Origin: Seison nebaliae
Taxonomy: Eukaryota
Direction: 5' to 3'
Assembly: GCA_023231475.1 (NCBI GenBank)
Contig: JALJEE010002327.1
Location: 1 to 55,119, forward strand
DNA length: 55,119 nt
Shown here: positions 54,856 to 55,119 of the stretch, in pieces
How the letters are laid out: each line of letters begins with the position of its first letter
Numbering within the stretch: the stretch's first letter is position 1
Program-made: the position numbers and the translations under genes
Notes under the pieces: generated by a model
What the model saw: the letters and a program-made list of their open reading frames with translations, nothing else
The model's database searches: none
Told to the model about the DNA's origin: nothing

Positions 54856-55119
54856 ATGAGATCCTCCTTCGGGGGTAGAAGAGCGAAAACTACAAGTTCC
54901 AAGAGAACAAACATGTCAAACAACAACGGGAATTATCAGAATATCGATTACATGACGAGCCAAAATAATTTTCCGTCGGGTCCTAATAATGAAACCACAA
55001 AAGATAAACTGAATAGAGTGATTTCTTATATCTGGTCTCTCACCTGTAAAATTGACGAACTGTCTAATCTGGTCAATGATCTAAAGAATGATAATAAATC
55101 AATTATCGAACAAAATAAT
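54856..55119 (+). CDS. 5' part of an ORF running off the window, with a basic N-terminus and heptad-like segment
   Basis: ATG at 54856, open for 88 codons to the edge: MRSSFGGRRAKTTSSKR..KIDELSNLVNDLKNDNKSIIEQNN. Confidence 0.4.
   Translation, partial: MRSSFGGRRAKTTSSKRTNMSNNNGNYQNIDYMTSQNNFPSGPNNETTKDKLNRVISYIWSLTCKIDELSNLVNDLKNDNKSIIEQNN

Overview
AT-rich, gene-dense eukaryotic DNA from an animal, probably a protostome (inferred from AP-2, rhophilin, a MIG-2/Mtl-type GTPase and ionotropic-receptor-like genes). It is not prokaryotic, so the ORF track mostly shows exon fragments. I rebuilt spliced gene models by hand: two tandem ionotropic-receptor-like genes, MCM3, AP-2, a decayed FLYWCH-MULE transposon with ~238-bp TIRs, a divergent USP-fold protein, a type IV diacylglycerol kinase, MRM2, Mtl/MIG-2, rhophilin, a small secreted peptide, a GT14 glycosyltransferase, SEC61A, a coiled-coil protein, FLVCR, a PPTC7-type phosphatase with a very long N-terminus, AIMP2, tRNA-Glu, tRNA-Val, a secreted orphan and a kinase pseudogene. 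The main finding concerns splicing. Of 49 introns placed by protein similarity and reading frame (mostly 41-69 nt), 47 begin GTT, 2 begin GTC and none begin with the canonical GTA/GTG. The strongest form, GTTAGT, occurs at first coding introns. This points to a spliceosome with altered 5' splice-site recognition. All coordinates and counts were read by eye and no searches were run.
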